From NCBI GenBank assembly GCA_018970485.1, contig JAGWWH010000002.1, positions 2,465 through 66,464 of the forward strand: DNA of 64,000 bases, written 5' to 3'. The DNA is from Pseudomonadota bacterium. GTDB taxonomy: Bacteria; Pseudomonadota; Alphaproteobacteria; Rickettsiales; UBA1997. Position 1 is the stretch's first letter, and each line of letters starts with the position of its first letter. Positions 1-10,107 of this stretch are shown here, in pieces. A program made the position numbers and the translations under genes. The notes below the pieces were generated by a model. The model saw only the letters and a program-made list of their open reading frames with translations, was not told where the DNA came from and searched no databases.

Positions 1-178
1 GCCATTGAGATTAACGACTTTTGTTCACGCTCCAACTGACTTGATCGATCAGGCAATTCATAAAAATGAAATTCTGCAAAAACTCTTCGGCAACAGTTGG
101 GTGCACATTTTCTGTCTGGACCCAAGAAACGATAAAATTCACTCACTGCAAAACGACCTAACTTGGAAGGAATGTTAA
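1..178 (+). CDS. 3' end of a gene that starts upstream of the window (last 58 codons: PLRLTTFVHAPTDLIDQAIHKNEILQKLFGNSWVHIFCLDPRNDKIHSLQNDLTWKEC*); possibly DUF2309/DabA(YbcC)-family C-terminus
   Basis: Hand translation of frame 2 is open from nt 2 to TAA at 176-178 and overlaps the next ATG at 172. The pattern RL..V.AP...I......L..L..N.W.H.F.LD recalls DUF2309-family C-termini from memory. Not verified. Confidence 0.35.
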   Translation, partial: PLRLTTFVHAPTDLIDQAIHKNEILQKLFGNSWVHIFCLDPRNDKIHSLQNDLTWKEC

Positions 179-1155
179 AAGACAAGGAAGTCAGGATCTT
201 CTCAAAATTACTTGAAGCGAATCAGATAAAAGAAGCCGCAGCCTTATTAAAAAATGGCGACGTAGTAGCAATCCCGACTGAAACGGTTTATGGGCTTGCG
301 GCCGACGCCACAAATGACCAGGCATTACGCAAAATATTTGCCGCCAAAAACAGGCCGCTAGATCATCCCTTAATAGTCCATATTGAATCTTTTTCTAAGG
401 TTGATGATTGGGCGGATTTTGTTCCAAAAAGTGCGAAAAAACTCGCTGAACATTTTTGGCCAGGACCACTGACGATGATTTTTCAAAAAAGAAAAACTGT
501 GAGCGACCTTATCACTGCTGGCTTAAACACAGTTGCTCTAAGAGTTCCAAATCATCCCGTAGCACTTGAAGTAATCAGAGAATTGGGAAGAGGAGTAGCC
601 GCCCCATCAGCCAATGCTCATAAAAAAACAAGCCCTACAAAACCCGAGCATGTGCTTAAAACATTGGAGGGAAAAATTGCCGCAATCCTTGATGGCGGGG
701 CGTGTAGAGTTGGGATTGAATCGACCATTGTCGACATAACGAAAGAAGTGCCAGTAATTTTAAGACCCGGCGCGATTACCGCATCCATGATAGAGAAAGC
801 CTTAAATATGAAGGTTTACCAACCATTTAATTATGACAGAAAAGTATCTGGAAACATGGCGTCACACTATCAGCCCGAAAAACCGCTACTAATTCTTTCA
901 AAAAAAGAGGTGGCGCTCAGCATCAAAAAAGAGAAAAATATTGCCGTTATTCACCATTCAATAATTGCTGGGAGTCAAGGCGTCGAGATGTATCAGATGC
1001 CAAATACAAAAACAAAATACGCGCAAAAACTTTACGAGACCCTTCATCACATTGACGGCACGAATGTAGAAAAAATATTGGTCGAAACTCCGCCAAATTC
1101 AGATGATTGGGCCGATATCAGAGACAGGTTGAAAAAAGCATCTTCAAAATCCTAA
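172..1155 (+). CDS. tsaC: L-threonylcarbamoyladenylate synthase, long Sua5/YwlC form (tRNA t6A)
   Basis: YrdC-like motifs are VAIPTETVYGLAADA, HPLIVHI, FWPGPLT, ALRVPNHP and APSAN, followed by a C-terminal Sua5-type extension. The track start at 163 is TTG; the first ATG is 172. Confidence 0.85.
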   Translation: MLKDKEVRIFSKLLEANQIKEAAALLKNGDVVAIPTETVYGLAADATNDQALRKIFAAKNRPLDHPLIVHIESFSKVDDWADFVPKSAKKLAEHFWPGPLTMIFQKRKTVSDLITAGLNTVALRVPNHPVALEVIRELGRGVAAPSANAHKKTSPTKPEHVLKTLEGKIAAILDGGACRVGIESTIVDITKEVPVILRPGAITASMIEKALNMKVYQPFNYDRKVSGNMASHYQPEKPLLILSKKEVALSIKKEKNIAVIHHSIIAGSQGVEMYQMPNTKTKYAQKLYETLHHIDGTNVEKILVETPPNSDDWADIRDRLKKASSKS

Positions 1156-1330
1156 GCACGATAAAAAAGCTTCACGCCTTTTATTCAGAGTCGATTAGTA
1201 ACAAGGATAAAATCAAATCCGATTGATGGGCCGAATTATTTGATTGAAGGAATGCAACATTATCTTGATTAAGACGAGACTTTCTTAGAAATCGCGCGAT
1301 CAACATAATTCATCAATTTTTCGAGAAAAA

Positions 1331-2272
1331 ATGACTCAAAAAGATAGCTCAATCACCTCTGTTAATGATCTCTCAATTCAGAAGGAAAAAGACCGCGCGG
1401 AGTGGGCGCATAAAGTTGAAATTCTGTGCGAAGCTCTGCCTTACATGCGCAAATTTACGGGAGAAACTTTTGTGGTGAAATTCGGCGGCTCAGCAATGGG
1501 AGGCGACACAAATTTAAAAAACTTCGCGAAGAATATTGTTTTATTGAAGCACGTTGGAATCAATCCAATCGTGGTTCACGGCGGTGGCCCGCAAATTGGT
1601 CAGATGTTAAATAAGCTGAACATCAAATCACATTTCGTTGATGGCTTACGCGTTACTGATGCCGACACTGTTGAAGTTGTTGAAATGGTTCTCGCTGGCT
1701 CAATCAATAAAATGATCGTCAAAGAAATTAACCGCGCTGGCGGCAAAGCGATTGGCCTTTGTGGAAAAGATGGTGACATGATTCGCGCTCGCAAAGTTTC
1801 AAAAACCAAAAAAGATCCTGACTCAAATATTGAGAAAATTTTAAACCTCGGCTTCGTCGGCGAGCCTTACCACATCGACCCAGAAATTCTCGCGATGTTT
1901 GAAGATTCTGATGTTATTCCAGTAATTGCTCCAATTGGCATCGGCGACAATGGAGAAACTTTCAACATTAATGCAGACACAGTTGCCGGCGCAATCGCTG
2001 GTGCGATGCAAGCTGCGAAGCTGATTATCTTGTCTGACGTTGATGGGGTAATGTTACCAAATGGTGAGCTCGTCAGTCATTTAAATGCCGCAACCGCAAG
2101 ACAAATGATTGCTGATGGCGTGATCACTGGCGGAATGATTCCAAAAGTCGAAACTTGCCTTAGTGCTTTAGAAAAAAATGTCGGCCACGCTCACATCTTA
2201 AACGGCGGAGTAGACAATATTCTGCTGATGGAAATCTTCACCGAATCTGGTGCGGGAACGATGATTTTGTAA
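1331..2272 (+). CDS. argB: acetylglutamate kinase
   Basis: 313 aa. Amino-acid-kinase motifs are FVVKFGGSAM, VVHGGGPQIG and NINADTVAGAIA; length and layout are typical of ArgB. Confidence 0.9.
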   Translation: MTQKDSSITSVNDLSIQKEKDRAEWAHKVEILCEALPYMRKFTGETFVVKFGGSAMGGDTNLKNFAKNIVLLKHVGINPIVVHGGGPQIGQMLNKLNIKSHFVDGLRVTDADTVEVVEMVLAGSINKMIVKEINRAGGKAIGLCGKDGDMIRARKVSKTKKDPDSNIEKILNLGFVGEPYHIDPEILAMFEDSDVIPVIAPIGIGDNGETFNINADTVAGAIAGAMQAAKLIILSDVDGVMLPNGELVSHLNAATARQMIADGVITGGMIPKVETCLSALEKNVGHAHILNGGVDNILLMEIFTESGAGTMIL

Positions 2273-2308
2273 GGTTGTGGGCAATTAAATTAGCTTAATA
2301 AGCAATAA

Positions 2309-3187
2309 ATGCTTCATTCAAAGAAAGCTCACAGTTCACGCATAATTCATCACGATGGCAAAGCGGTTCGAGTCAAACGCAGTGGAGTAAAAAAATTTCT
2401 ACGCAGTGATTTTTACGCCACATCTGTCAGCTCTTCTTGGTTAAGGCTTATCGTAACCATCATAATTCTTTACACCCTACTAAACTCAATTTTCGCCGGA
2501 CTTTACTTGCTTGAAGATGGTGCGATTGAAAATGCTAAATCAGGTTCATTTGCCGATGCCTTCTTTTTTAGTGTTCAAACTTTAGCGACGATCGGCTATG
2601 GCAAAATGGCTCCCGCAACAAACTTCGCAAATATTCTAGTAACAGTTGAAGCCTTGACTGGATTAGCTGGATTAGCAGTCGCGACTGGCGTTATTTACTC
2701 AAAAATCTCTTTACCCAGTGCAAGAATTTTATTCGGAAATCGCGCCATTTTTTCTCTTCACAAGAATGTCAACTGCCTAAGTTTTCGCTTAGGAAATTTG
2801 CGCAATAACCCCATCGCAGACCCATTGATAAAGGCAGTTCTAATAATTGACGAAGAGCTTGCAGATGGCTCAATAAGAAGAGCATTTCATGATCTGGTGT
2901 TAATTCGAAACAACGTTCCTCTTTTAATGCCAAGCTGGACTTTGCGTCATCAAATAATCGAAAGCAGTCCGCTCTTTGGAATGACCAAGGAAGAAATGCG
3001 AAAAAAAAATATCGAGGTTATCGTTTCTCTAGTTGGTTTTGATGAAACGATCTCTCAGACCGTTCACGCTCATCATTCCTACATCGCCGACGAAATCGAA
3101 CATGGCAAAAATTTTGTTGATATCATCAGTTTTGATAAGCGGGGGCGTGCCCATGTCGACTACAAGAAATTTCATGATTTTATTTAG
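2309..3187 (+). CDS. inward-rectifier-type potassium channel (KirBac family)
   Basis: 292 aa with two TM helices flanking the pore sequence FFFSVQTLATIGYGKM (TIGYG selectivity filter). The C-terminal beta-rich domain (FHDLVLIRN..., WTLRHQI..., VHAHHSY) aligns by eye with KirBac1.1 as remembered. Confidence 0.85.
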   Translation: MLHSKKAHSSRIIHHDGKAVRVKRSGVKKFLRSDFYATSVSSSWLRLIVTIIILYTLLNSIFAGLYLLEDGAIENAKSGSFADAFFFSVQTLATIGYGKMAPATNFANILVTVEALTGLAGLAVATGVIYSKISLPSARILFGNRAIFSLHKNVNCLSFRLGNLRNNPIADPLIKAVLIIDEELADGSIRRAFHDLVLIRNNVPLLMPSWTLRHQIIESSPLFGMTKEEMRKKNIEVIVSLVGFDETISQTVHAHHSYIADEIEHGKNFVDIISFDKRGRAHVDYKKFHDFI

Positions 3188-3223
3188 AGCCTTCAAGTAG
3201 CGCTTCGACAACTCGGCAGGCGC

Positions 3224-4522
3224 TTACAAAAGCTGATCAAAAATCGTCTCAAAATTTGGGAAGCTGGTTTTAATCATCGAAACATCGTCAATTTCAACTC
3301 CACCCTCCATCGTCAAACCCATAACCAGAAAAGACATTGCGATTCTGTGATCCATCGAGGTGGTAATTTTTGCTGGAAATTTTTGCTGTTTAATGCCGCC
3401 TTGCACTTCCAAATAATCATCACCCATTTTTGCTGTCGCGCCGCACTTCTCTAGGTTTTGTGCGATCATCAATAAGCGATTACTTTCTTTTACCTTCAAC
3501 TCAGCAAGGCCGTGCATTTTCGTAACGCCTTTTGCATTTGCCGCAGCAACAGCAAAAACTGGATATTCGTCGATCATACTGGCAGCCCGCTCTGCCGGCA
3601 CTTCAATTCCTTTTAAATCACTCGCTTCGACAAGAATATCTGCAACTTTTTCACCTCCAACTTCGCGCTCATTTAGAAAAGAAATTTTTCCACCCATCTC
3701 TTGCAAGCTAGTAACCACGCCGATTCGCAACGGATTCACTCCAACGTTTTTTATCACAACTTTTGAATTTTTTACGAGCAAAGCAGCGACAATAAAAAAT
3801 GCGGCAGAGGAGATATCTCCCGGAACGGCAAGATCTTTTGCGTCAAATTCCTGTAAACCTGAGTAAGAAATTTTGACTCCTTTCCCCTGACCTTCGGTAA
3901 AAATTTTTAGACCTAGATAGCGCATCATTATTTCGGTATGATCACGACATTTTTCTGGTTCGATAATTGTTGTCGTGCCACGCGTAACAAGGCTTGCAAG
4001 CAGAATGCAGCTCTTAACTTGCGCTGATGCAACTTTCATCTCATGAATAATTGGCAATGGTTCTTTCGCGCCAATCACAGCGAAAGGCGCCAAGCCGTTT
4101 TGTCTCGAAATTATTTTGGCACCGAATTGTTTGATTGGCTCAAAAACTCGACCCATTGGACGTTTGCGCAAAGAAGCGTCGCCGGTAAAAAAAGAGGTGA
4201 AGTCGTAAGGAGTAACAAGGCCGGCGAGAAGTCTTGTCGAGGTGCCGGAATTGCCCATATCGAGAATATTAGTTGGCTCAGAAAGTCCAGCAACGCCCAC
4301 TCCATTTACTTCCCAAAAATCTTCTTTCCGTTCGATTTCACAGCCCATTAAACGCAGTGCTTGAGCGGTACGAAGTACGTCCTCACCTTCGAGTAAATTA
4401 GTGATTTTAGTTTTGCCGTGAGCAAGTGCCGCAAAAATTAAAGATCGATGAGATATTGATTTATCTGGCGCGACAGAGATTTCTCCTTTTAAGGGAAGGT
4501 CGGTTTTTTGTGATAATTTCAC
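3224..4522 (-). CDS. aroA: 3-phosphoshikimate 1-carboxyvinyltransferase (EPSP synthase)
   Basis: 432 aa. Motifs are VAPDKSISHRSLIFAAL, MGNSGTSTRLLAGL, LRKRPMGR and DHRIAMSF. Confidence 0.9.
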   Translation of the reverse strand: MKLSQKTDLPLKGEISVAPDKSISHRSLIFAALAHGKTKITNLLEGEDVLRTAQALRLMGCEIERKEDFWEVNGVGVAGLSEPTNILDMGNSGTSTRLLAGLVTPYDFTSFFTGDASLRKRPMGRVFEPIKQFGAKIISRQNGLAPFAVIGAKEPLPIIHEMKVASAQVKSCILLASLVTRGTTTIIEPEKCRDHTEIMMRYLGLKIFTEGQGKGVKISYSGLQEFDAKDLAVPGDISSAAFFIVAALLVKNSKVVIKNVGVNPLRIGVVTSLQEMGGKISFLNEREVGGEKVADILVEASDLKGIEVPAERAASMIDEYPVFAVAAANAKGVTKMHGLAELKVKESNRLLMIAQNLEKCGATAKMGDDYLEVQGGIKQQKFPAKITTSMDHRIAMSFLVMGLTMEGGVEIDDVSMIKTSFPNFETIFDQLL

Positions 4523-5958
4523 TACAAGAAGTTCTTAAGTAAGCTCAGTAAAGGATTCACGAAGATCACCAAGCCAATATTAATCAGGGCAGAAAGGAGA
4601 ACGATCAATTTCACATTACCAATATCTTCAATTTGCATAACGCCGTTTGATTCATCGAAATACATGATTTTGACGATGCGCAAATAGTAGTAAGCAGCAG
4701 CCACACTAATCACGATTGCGGCAATCGCGAAAGGTAAAAGACCGTAAGAAATCGAAAAAGTAATGATATAAAATTTTGAGAAAAATCCTGCGAGCGGAGG
4801 AATACCAGCGGTCGAGAACATCAGAACGCTTAAAGAAAATGCCATCGTTGGATTGGTTTTTGCTAATCCTGAAAGCGAAGAAATATCGAAAACTTTTTCT
4901 TCATCATCTCCTTTCATCAAATTCAGAAAGGCAAAAGTACCAATGGAAATAACGGCATAGATCAACATGTATAACATGCAGGCTGCCATTGTTTCTCGAC
5001 CAAAAGAAGCAACACCGAGAAGAAAAAACCCAACATGACCAATCGAGCTATAAGCCAAGAGTCGCTTAAAGTTTTTTTGGAAAATCGCACCAAAAGATCC
5101 GATCAAAATTGAGAGCAAAGCAACAAAGGCGAAAATTTTACCAACACCTTCCCAACCGAGAAGAACTGTAGTTACAAGTCGAAGCAATACCATCGCGGTA
5201 GCAAACTTAATAACGGTAGCAAAAAAAGTAGTAACAGCAGTAGCTGAGCCTTCGTAAACATCTGGAGTCCACATGTGAAAAGGGGCGGCAGAAACTTTGA
5301 AAAACATCGCAATAACCACCAAAATAAAGCCAAACATTACCGCAACTGGAATCGTATTTTTTTCATTAGCGAAACCGTGATAGATAAAGTTCAGACTCTC
5401 AAAATTGATCGTGCCCGAAAAGCCGTAGATCAAAGAGATTCCAAATAACAAAAGCCCCGAAGCTAAACAGCCGAGGATGAAATATTTTATTCCTGCTTCT
5501 GAAGATTTTTTTGAACCGCGATTCATTGAAGCAAGCAGATAAAGTGGTAAAGCTTGAAGCTCTAATCCCAAATAAAATGTCAGAAAGTCATTTGCTGAAA
5601 CCAAAATCATGCTGCCCGCGGTAGAAATCATCATTAAAGCCAGAAGTTCAGCACTGATTTTTTTGACCGAATAAACGAAATCGAGTGAAATCAAAATGGT
5701 AAAAATCAGCAAAAGTAGAGTTATGATTTTGACGAAAGAGGTAAAAAGATTTGAGACTAATCCATTATTAAACCCATTATCGATTATGGAGAAGTTGTTA
5801 ATCGCAAGAAGCAAAGAGGCTGCGGAAAAAAGAAGAGCGAGAAAATGTGAAGAGTAAAAAATGTCTTCAAACTTTTTGCGCAGAAATGCGTCGGAAACTA
5901 GTATTGTCAGGGCGCCACAAAATAATATAATTTCGGGGAGTAGGAGATGTAGCTTCAT
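4522..5958 (-). CDS. nuoN: NADH-quinone oxidoreductase subunit N
   Basis: 478-aa polytopic membrane protein with the ND2/NuoN pattern (FKVSAAPFHMWTPDVYEGS, LLAYSSIGHVGF). It lies immediately downstream of nuoM with a 1-nt overlap with aroA. Confidence 0.85.
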   Translation of the reverse strand: MKLHLLLPEIILFCGALTILVSDAFLRKKFEDIFYSSHFLALLFSAASLLLAINNFSIIDNGFNNGLVSNLFTSFVKIITLLLLIFTILISLDFVYSVKKISAELLALMMISTAGSMILVSANDFLTFYLGLELQALPLYLLASMNRGSKKSSEAGIKYFILGCLASGLLLFGISLIYGFSGTINFESLNFIYHGFANEKNTIPVAVMFGFILVVIAMFFKVSAAPFHMWTPDVYEGSATAVTTFFATVIKFATAMVLLRLVTTVLLGWEGVGKIFAFVALLSILIGSFGAIFQKNFKRLLAYSSIGHVGFFLLGVASFGRETMAACMLYMLIYAVISIGTFAFLNLMKGDDEEKVFDISSLSGLAKTNPTMAFSLSVLMFSTAGIPPLAGFFSKFYIITFSISYGLLPFAIAAIVISVAAAYYYLRIVKIMYFDESNGVMQIEDIGNVKLIVLLSALINIGLVIFVNPLLSLLKNFL

Positions 5959-5959
5959 T

Positions 5960-7441
5960 TTAATGAAAAATTTGAACTATGTTTGAACTCGAAATAGCAA
6001 AAAATTTGAAGATGTAGTTCGGCAATATGCCAAGCAAAATCACCAAAAATGCCATCGAGCCGAGAGAGATTAATTCGATGCAGTTAAGATCAGAAATATG
6101 ATCGATGTGATGGTTTTTAATTTCAGAAAACCAGACGCGCTTGTAGAGCCAGAGCATGTAGCAAGCACCAAGAATTACTCCAGTCGCCGCAAAAATAGCT
6201 GCAATTTTGTTGGCTTGGAAAGTGCCAATAATTGTTAAAAATTCACCGACAAATCCACTGGTTCCTGGAAGGCCAACGGAACCCATGGTAAATATCATTG
6301 CTAGCATCGCAAAGTTTGGCATTTTTTCCGCAATACCTCCTAGATCCTTGATTTGCTTGGTGTGGAGACGATCATAAATAACGCCAACACAGATAAAAAG
6401 TGCAGCAGATATGATGCCGTGACTGATCATCTGCATGATCGCGCCATCAATACCTTGGCGGGTAAAACTAAAAATTCCCATTGTCACAAAACCCATATGA
6501 GCCACAGAAGAGTAAGCGATCATCTTCTTCATGTCCTCTTGCATCAAGGCGATTAGCGAAGCGTAAATGATGGCGATAACACTGAGAATGAAGATAAAAT
6601 CCGCGAAATAACGCGCAGCTTCAGGAAAGAATGGCAAGGAAAAGCGCAAGAATCCGTAGGCACCAAGCTTAATCAAAATCCCAGCAAGAATTACTGAGCC
6701 TGCAGTTGGAGCCTGCACGTGCGCATCAGGCAACCAAGTGTGAAATGGAAACATCGGAACCTTCACCGCAAAAGAGAAAAAGAAGGCAAGGAAAAGCCAT
6801 TTTTGATATTCAAGCGGAAAGAGTTTTGGCAGTAATTTGACCAACTGAACCACATCTGTTGTGCCAGAATAGAGAAAAATCATAATGATCGCGATCAGCA
6901 GTAGCACTGATCCGGCGAGAGTGTAGAGAAAAAATTTGTAAGCGGCATAAATTCTGTTTTCTCCACCCCAAATACCGATAACAAGAAACATCGGAATCAA
7001 CATCGCCTCAAAGAAAATGTAGAAAAAAAGTAGATCAAGAGCACAGAAAGAGGCGATGACCAGACCTTCAATGAGTAGGAAGGCCACCACAAATTCTTTA
7101 ACACGTTTTTGTATCGAATTAACGCTAATCAAAAGACAGATTGGTGATAAAAAGGCAGTTAATACAATCATCAGAAGTGAGAGCCCGTCTATTCCAAGAA
7201 AGTATTTGATATCGTAATCAGCGCTAAATTCCATCTTCTCAACAAACTGAAAAACATTGACGTCGTAGCTAAAAACATAGAGCAAAATACAGCTTAAAAC
7301 CAAATTAACCAAACCGGCCGCAATACCTGCAAAATAATATCCGCGCTGATTCTTGAGGTTGAGCGGCAACAACAAAATCGCCGTTAAAATCGGCAAAAAA
7401 ATCAAAGTTGAGAGAATCGGAAAATTCAGAGAGAGTTGCAT
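5960..7441 (-). CDS. nuoM: NADH-quinone oxidoreductase subunit M
   Basis: 493 aa. ND4/NuoM pattern: GIDGLSLLMIVLT, FFYIFFEAMLIPMFLVIGIWGG, VPMFPFHTWLPDAHVQAPTAGSVILAG, MIAYSSVAHMGF. Confidence 0.9.
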   Translation of the reverse strand: MQLSLNFPILSTLIFLPILTAILLLPLNLKNQRGYYFAGIAAGLVNLVLSCILLYVFSYDVNVFQFVEKMEFSADYDIKYFLGIDGLSLLMIVLTAFLSPICLLISVNSIQKRVKEFVVAFLLIEGLVIASFCALDLLFFYIFFEAMLIPMFLVIGIWGGENRIYAAYKFFLYTLAGSVLLLIAIIMIFLYSGTTDVVQLVKLLPKLFPLEYQKWLFLAFFFSFAVKVPMFPFHTWLPDAHVQAPTAGSVILAGILIKLGAYGFLRFSLPFFPEAARYFADFIFILSVIAIIYASLIALMQEDMKKMIAYSSVAHMGFVTMGIFSFTRQGIDGAIMQMISHGIISAALFICVGVIYDRLHTKQIKDLGGIAEKMPNFAMLAMIFTMGSVGLPGTSGFVGEFLTIIGTFQANKIAAIFAATGVILGACYMLWLYKRVWFSEIKNHHIDHISDLNCIELISLGSMAFLVILLGILPNYIFKFFAISSSNIVQIFH

Positions 7442-7483
7442 GGAATTCAGTAGGGGAATTTTTTAAGAAAAGCGCGGCGTCTT

Positions 7484-8407
7484 TTATTGAGGGAAAAAAT
7501 TAGAATCAAGTTGAGCCAAGTCTCGCCGAATCTGGATCTTTAATTCTTCAAGCGAAGAAAATTTTTTTTCCTCGCGAATAAAACTAAGAAACTCGACGTG
7601 AATTTTTTTACCGTAAATTTCTTCGGAAAAATCAGCAATGTGGGTTTCAAATAGAGGTTCGTTTTGGCTTTGTTGAAGAGTGGGCTTAATTCCGAAATTT
7701 GTGATCGAAGAAAATTTTTTCTTTAGATGAGGAATGAAGGTTTGAGTTTTGTAAACACCAAATTTCGGCTTAATTACATGAGGCTTTGCTATTAAATTTG
7801 CCGTTGGAAAGCCAAGTTGGGAAGCGAGTTTTCTGCCCTCATTTACAACTCCATGAATCGTAAAATTTCTACCCAAAACTTGATTCGCTTCAGCAATTTT
7901 TCCTTCGCAAAGAAATTTTCTAACCAGGCTAGATGAGCAAGTTTGTTCAGAATTTTTTAACGGAGAAATTTCGCTCAAACCAAAATTAAAATTTTCTAAA
8001 AACCTAAAATTTCCTTGGCGATTTTTGCCAAAAGTGAAGTCATAACCAATCACTAAGTGCTTGGCATTCAAGGTCTCACTTAAAATTTTCTGCGCAAAAT
8101 CGTGAGCAGAAATTTCAGAAAAATTTTGGTTAAAGGGTAAAATTATTACGTAATCAATTTCCTGTTGGCGGAAAATTTCTAACTTCTGCGCTAAGCTCGT
8201 GATTCTGAAATCTCTAGGCTTCTCAGGTCTTAAAAAATAAATCGGATGTGGCTCAAAAGTTAAAATTGCTGAAGCGAGGTTTTTTTCTTTGGCAATTTTT
8301 TTGACCTGCGAAATGATCTGAGAATGTCCGAGGTGCACCCCGTCAAAATTGCCGATGGTTAACACAAGCGGCAACATTTGTTGATTTAGGTTTCTAATGA
8401 TTTTCAC
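7484..8407 (-). CDS. ribF: bifunctional riboflavin kinase / FMN adenylyltransferase
   Basis: Motifs are LTIGNFDGVHLGH, the kinase region GFPTAN and a C-terminal E..F..FIR pattern. The track start at 8407 is GTG and overlaps the divergent gene at 8397. An in-frame ATG at 8377 (MLPLVLTIGNFDG) is an equally plausible start. Confidence 0.9.
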   Translation of the reverse strand: MKIIRNLNQQMLPLVLTIGNFDGVHLGHSQIISQVKKIAKEKNLASAILTFEPHPIYFLRPEKPRDFRITSLAQKLEIFRQQEIDYVIILPFNQNFSEISAHDFAQKILSETLNAKHLVIGYDFTFGKNRQGNFRFLENFNFGLSEISPLKNSEQTCSSSLVRKFLCEGKIAEANQVLGRNFTIHGVVNEGRKLASQLGFPTANLIAKPHVIKPKFGVYKTQTFIPHLKKKFSSITNFGIKPTLQQSQNEPLFETHIADFSEEIYGKKIHVEFLSFIREEKKFSSLEELKIQIRRDLAQLDSNFFPQ

Positions 8408-10103
8408 AATTCGTTTTTCCTTGGGAATTTTCTTACTGATTTTGCTGAGCTCAAAGTCATTCGCCGCACACGGAATTTCTACTTTTGGCGATCTAAAATA
8501 TCCAAAAAATTTTCAGCATTTTGACTACGTAAATCCTGATGCGCCGAAAGGTGGAGAAGTAAAATTTGGCAGCGAAGGAGGATTTAATTCTCTCAATAAT
8601 TTTATTCTAAAAGGCCTTCCCGCATCAGGATTGAACTACCTTTACGACAGTTTAACCGAAGGAAGTGAAGATGAAATTTCTGCACGCTACGCACTCATCG
8701 CCGAAGACATCAAAATCGCCTCAAACAAAAGTTGGATCGAGTTTAGATTAAACAAAAATGCCCGCTTTCACGACGGAAAATCGATCACTGCAGATGATGT
8801 GATTTTCACTTTCGACAAACTTATTTCTGACGGACATCCATCCTACAAAATGCTGTTTCGCGACGTAAAAGAAGCGAAGAAAATTAACTCACATCTCGTA
8901 AGGTTTTCTTTTAAACCAAATGGCAATCGTGATCTACCTTTACTCGTCGCGTCGCTTCCGGTTTTACCAAAACATTATTTCAATTCCGTCGATTTTTCCA
9001 AAACAACTCTACAGCCTCCTCTTGGCTCCGGTCCTTACAAAATCAAAGACTTGAAGCCGAACCGCTCAATCACTTTTGAACGCGTGAAAGATTACTGGGC
9101 GAAAGATTTACCGGTAAATCGCGGCCGCTACAACTTCGACAAAATCACCTTCGATTATTACCGCGATAACAATGTTTTGATCGAAGCTTTTAAGTCACAA
9201 AAATACGATTTCCGTCAAGAGAATGTAGCGCGCAACTGGGCTAATGCTTACAATATTGATGCGATCAAAAATGGTGAGATCATCAAGCGAGAAATTGAAC
9301 ATGGCCTGCCCGCGCCGATGCAAACTTTTGTGCTAAATTTACGTCGCGAAAAATTTCAGAATCAGGCCTTGCGCCAAGCGATGACTTACGCCTTCGATTT
9401 TGAATGGCTGCGTGAGCACATATTTTACAAATCTTACAAACGCACCGAGAGCTATTTCGCTAACTCAGAATTTGGTTACCAAAATTTTTCTCTGCCTAAA
9501 GCAAATAGTGACGGCTTCAATCGTGATAACCTTCTGAAGGCTCGTCAAATATTACTTGATGCCAATTACAAATTTTCTGATGGAAAATTAATCGACCCAA
9601 AAACTAACGAAAAAGTCTCCGTTGAATTTCTGATCGATTCACAAGCTTTTGAAATGATTGTCGCTCCTTTCATTAAGAATTTGCGCAAACTTGGCATTGA
9701 AGCCAAAATGCGTTTCGTCGAGGAAAATCAATATCAAACGCGAGTTAATAATTTTGATTTTGATGTGATTACGGGAATGTTTGGCCAAGCAACAATTCCT
9801 GGCGATGAGCTTTTTGCTTACTTCCACTCCTCTCAAAAAGATATCAAGGGAGGCCGCAATTTATCGGGTCTTAACGATAAAATTATTGACGATTTAGTCG
9901 AAAAAATTTCTCGCGCTAAAAATAAAAACGAGCTACAAATCCTAACATCAAAACTCGATCAAAGGCTTCTTGTAAATTATTACACGATTCCACAGTGGCA
10001 TAATAACACCTACAGAATCCTTTATCGCGACATTTTTGAATTTCCCAAAATCCAACCAAAATACTCGCTCGCTCTCGACAGCTGGTACCTAAAAACAAAT
10101 TAA
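8397..10103 (+). CDS. periplasmic ABC-transporter substrate-binding protein, family 5 (YejA/oligopeptide-like), orphan
   Basis: 568 aa. Signal peptide is MIFTIRFSLGIFLLILLSSKSFAAHG. SBP_bac_5-like pattern: PKGGEVKFGSEGGFNSLNNF, ARFHDGKSITADDVIFTF. No permease or ATPase genes are adjacent. Confidence 0.75.
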   Translation: MIFTIRFSLGIFLLILLSSKSFAAHGISTFGDLKYPKNFQHFDYVNPDAPKGGEVKFGSEGGFNSLNNFILKGLPASGLNYLYDSLTEGSEDEISARYALIAEDIKIASNKSWIEFRLNKNARFHDGKSITADDVIFTFDKLISDGHPSYKMLFRDVKEAKKINSHLVRFSFKPNGNRDLPLLVASLPVLPKHYFNSVDFSKTTLQPPLGSGPYKIKDLKPNRSITFERVKDYWAKDLPVNRGRYNFDKITFDYYRDNNVLIEAFKSQKYDFRQENVARNWANAYNIDAIKNGEIIKREIEHGLPAPMQTFVLNLRREKFQNQALRQAMTYAFDFEWLREHIFYKSYKRTESYFANSEFGYQNFSLPKANSDGFNRDNLLKARQILLDANYKFSDGKLIDPKTNEKVSVEFLIDSQAFEMIVAPFIKNLRKLGIEAKMRFVEENQYQTRVNNFDFDVITGMFGQATIPGDELFAYFHSSQKDIKGGRNLSGLNDKIIDDLVEKISRAKNKNELQILTSKLDQRLLVNYYTIPQWHNNTYRILYRDIFEFPKIQPKYSLALDSWYLKTN

Positions 10104-10107
10104 AAAT

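Noticed and set aside
3188-3223. Stem AGCGC-N17-GCGCT between the convergent Kir-channel and aroA genes as a bidirectional terminator.
   Set aside because: The stem is only 5 bp with a large loop and no flanking T-runs. It is more likely a degenerate half-copy of the CTTCGACAAGCTCAG-type repeat seen at 27324-27372.
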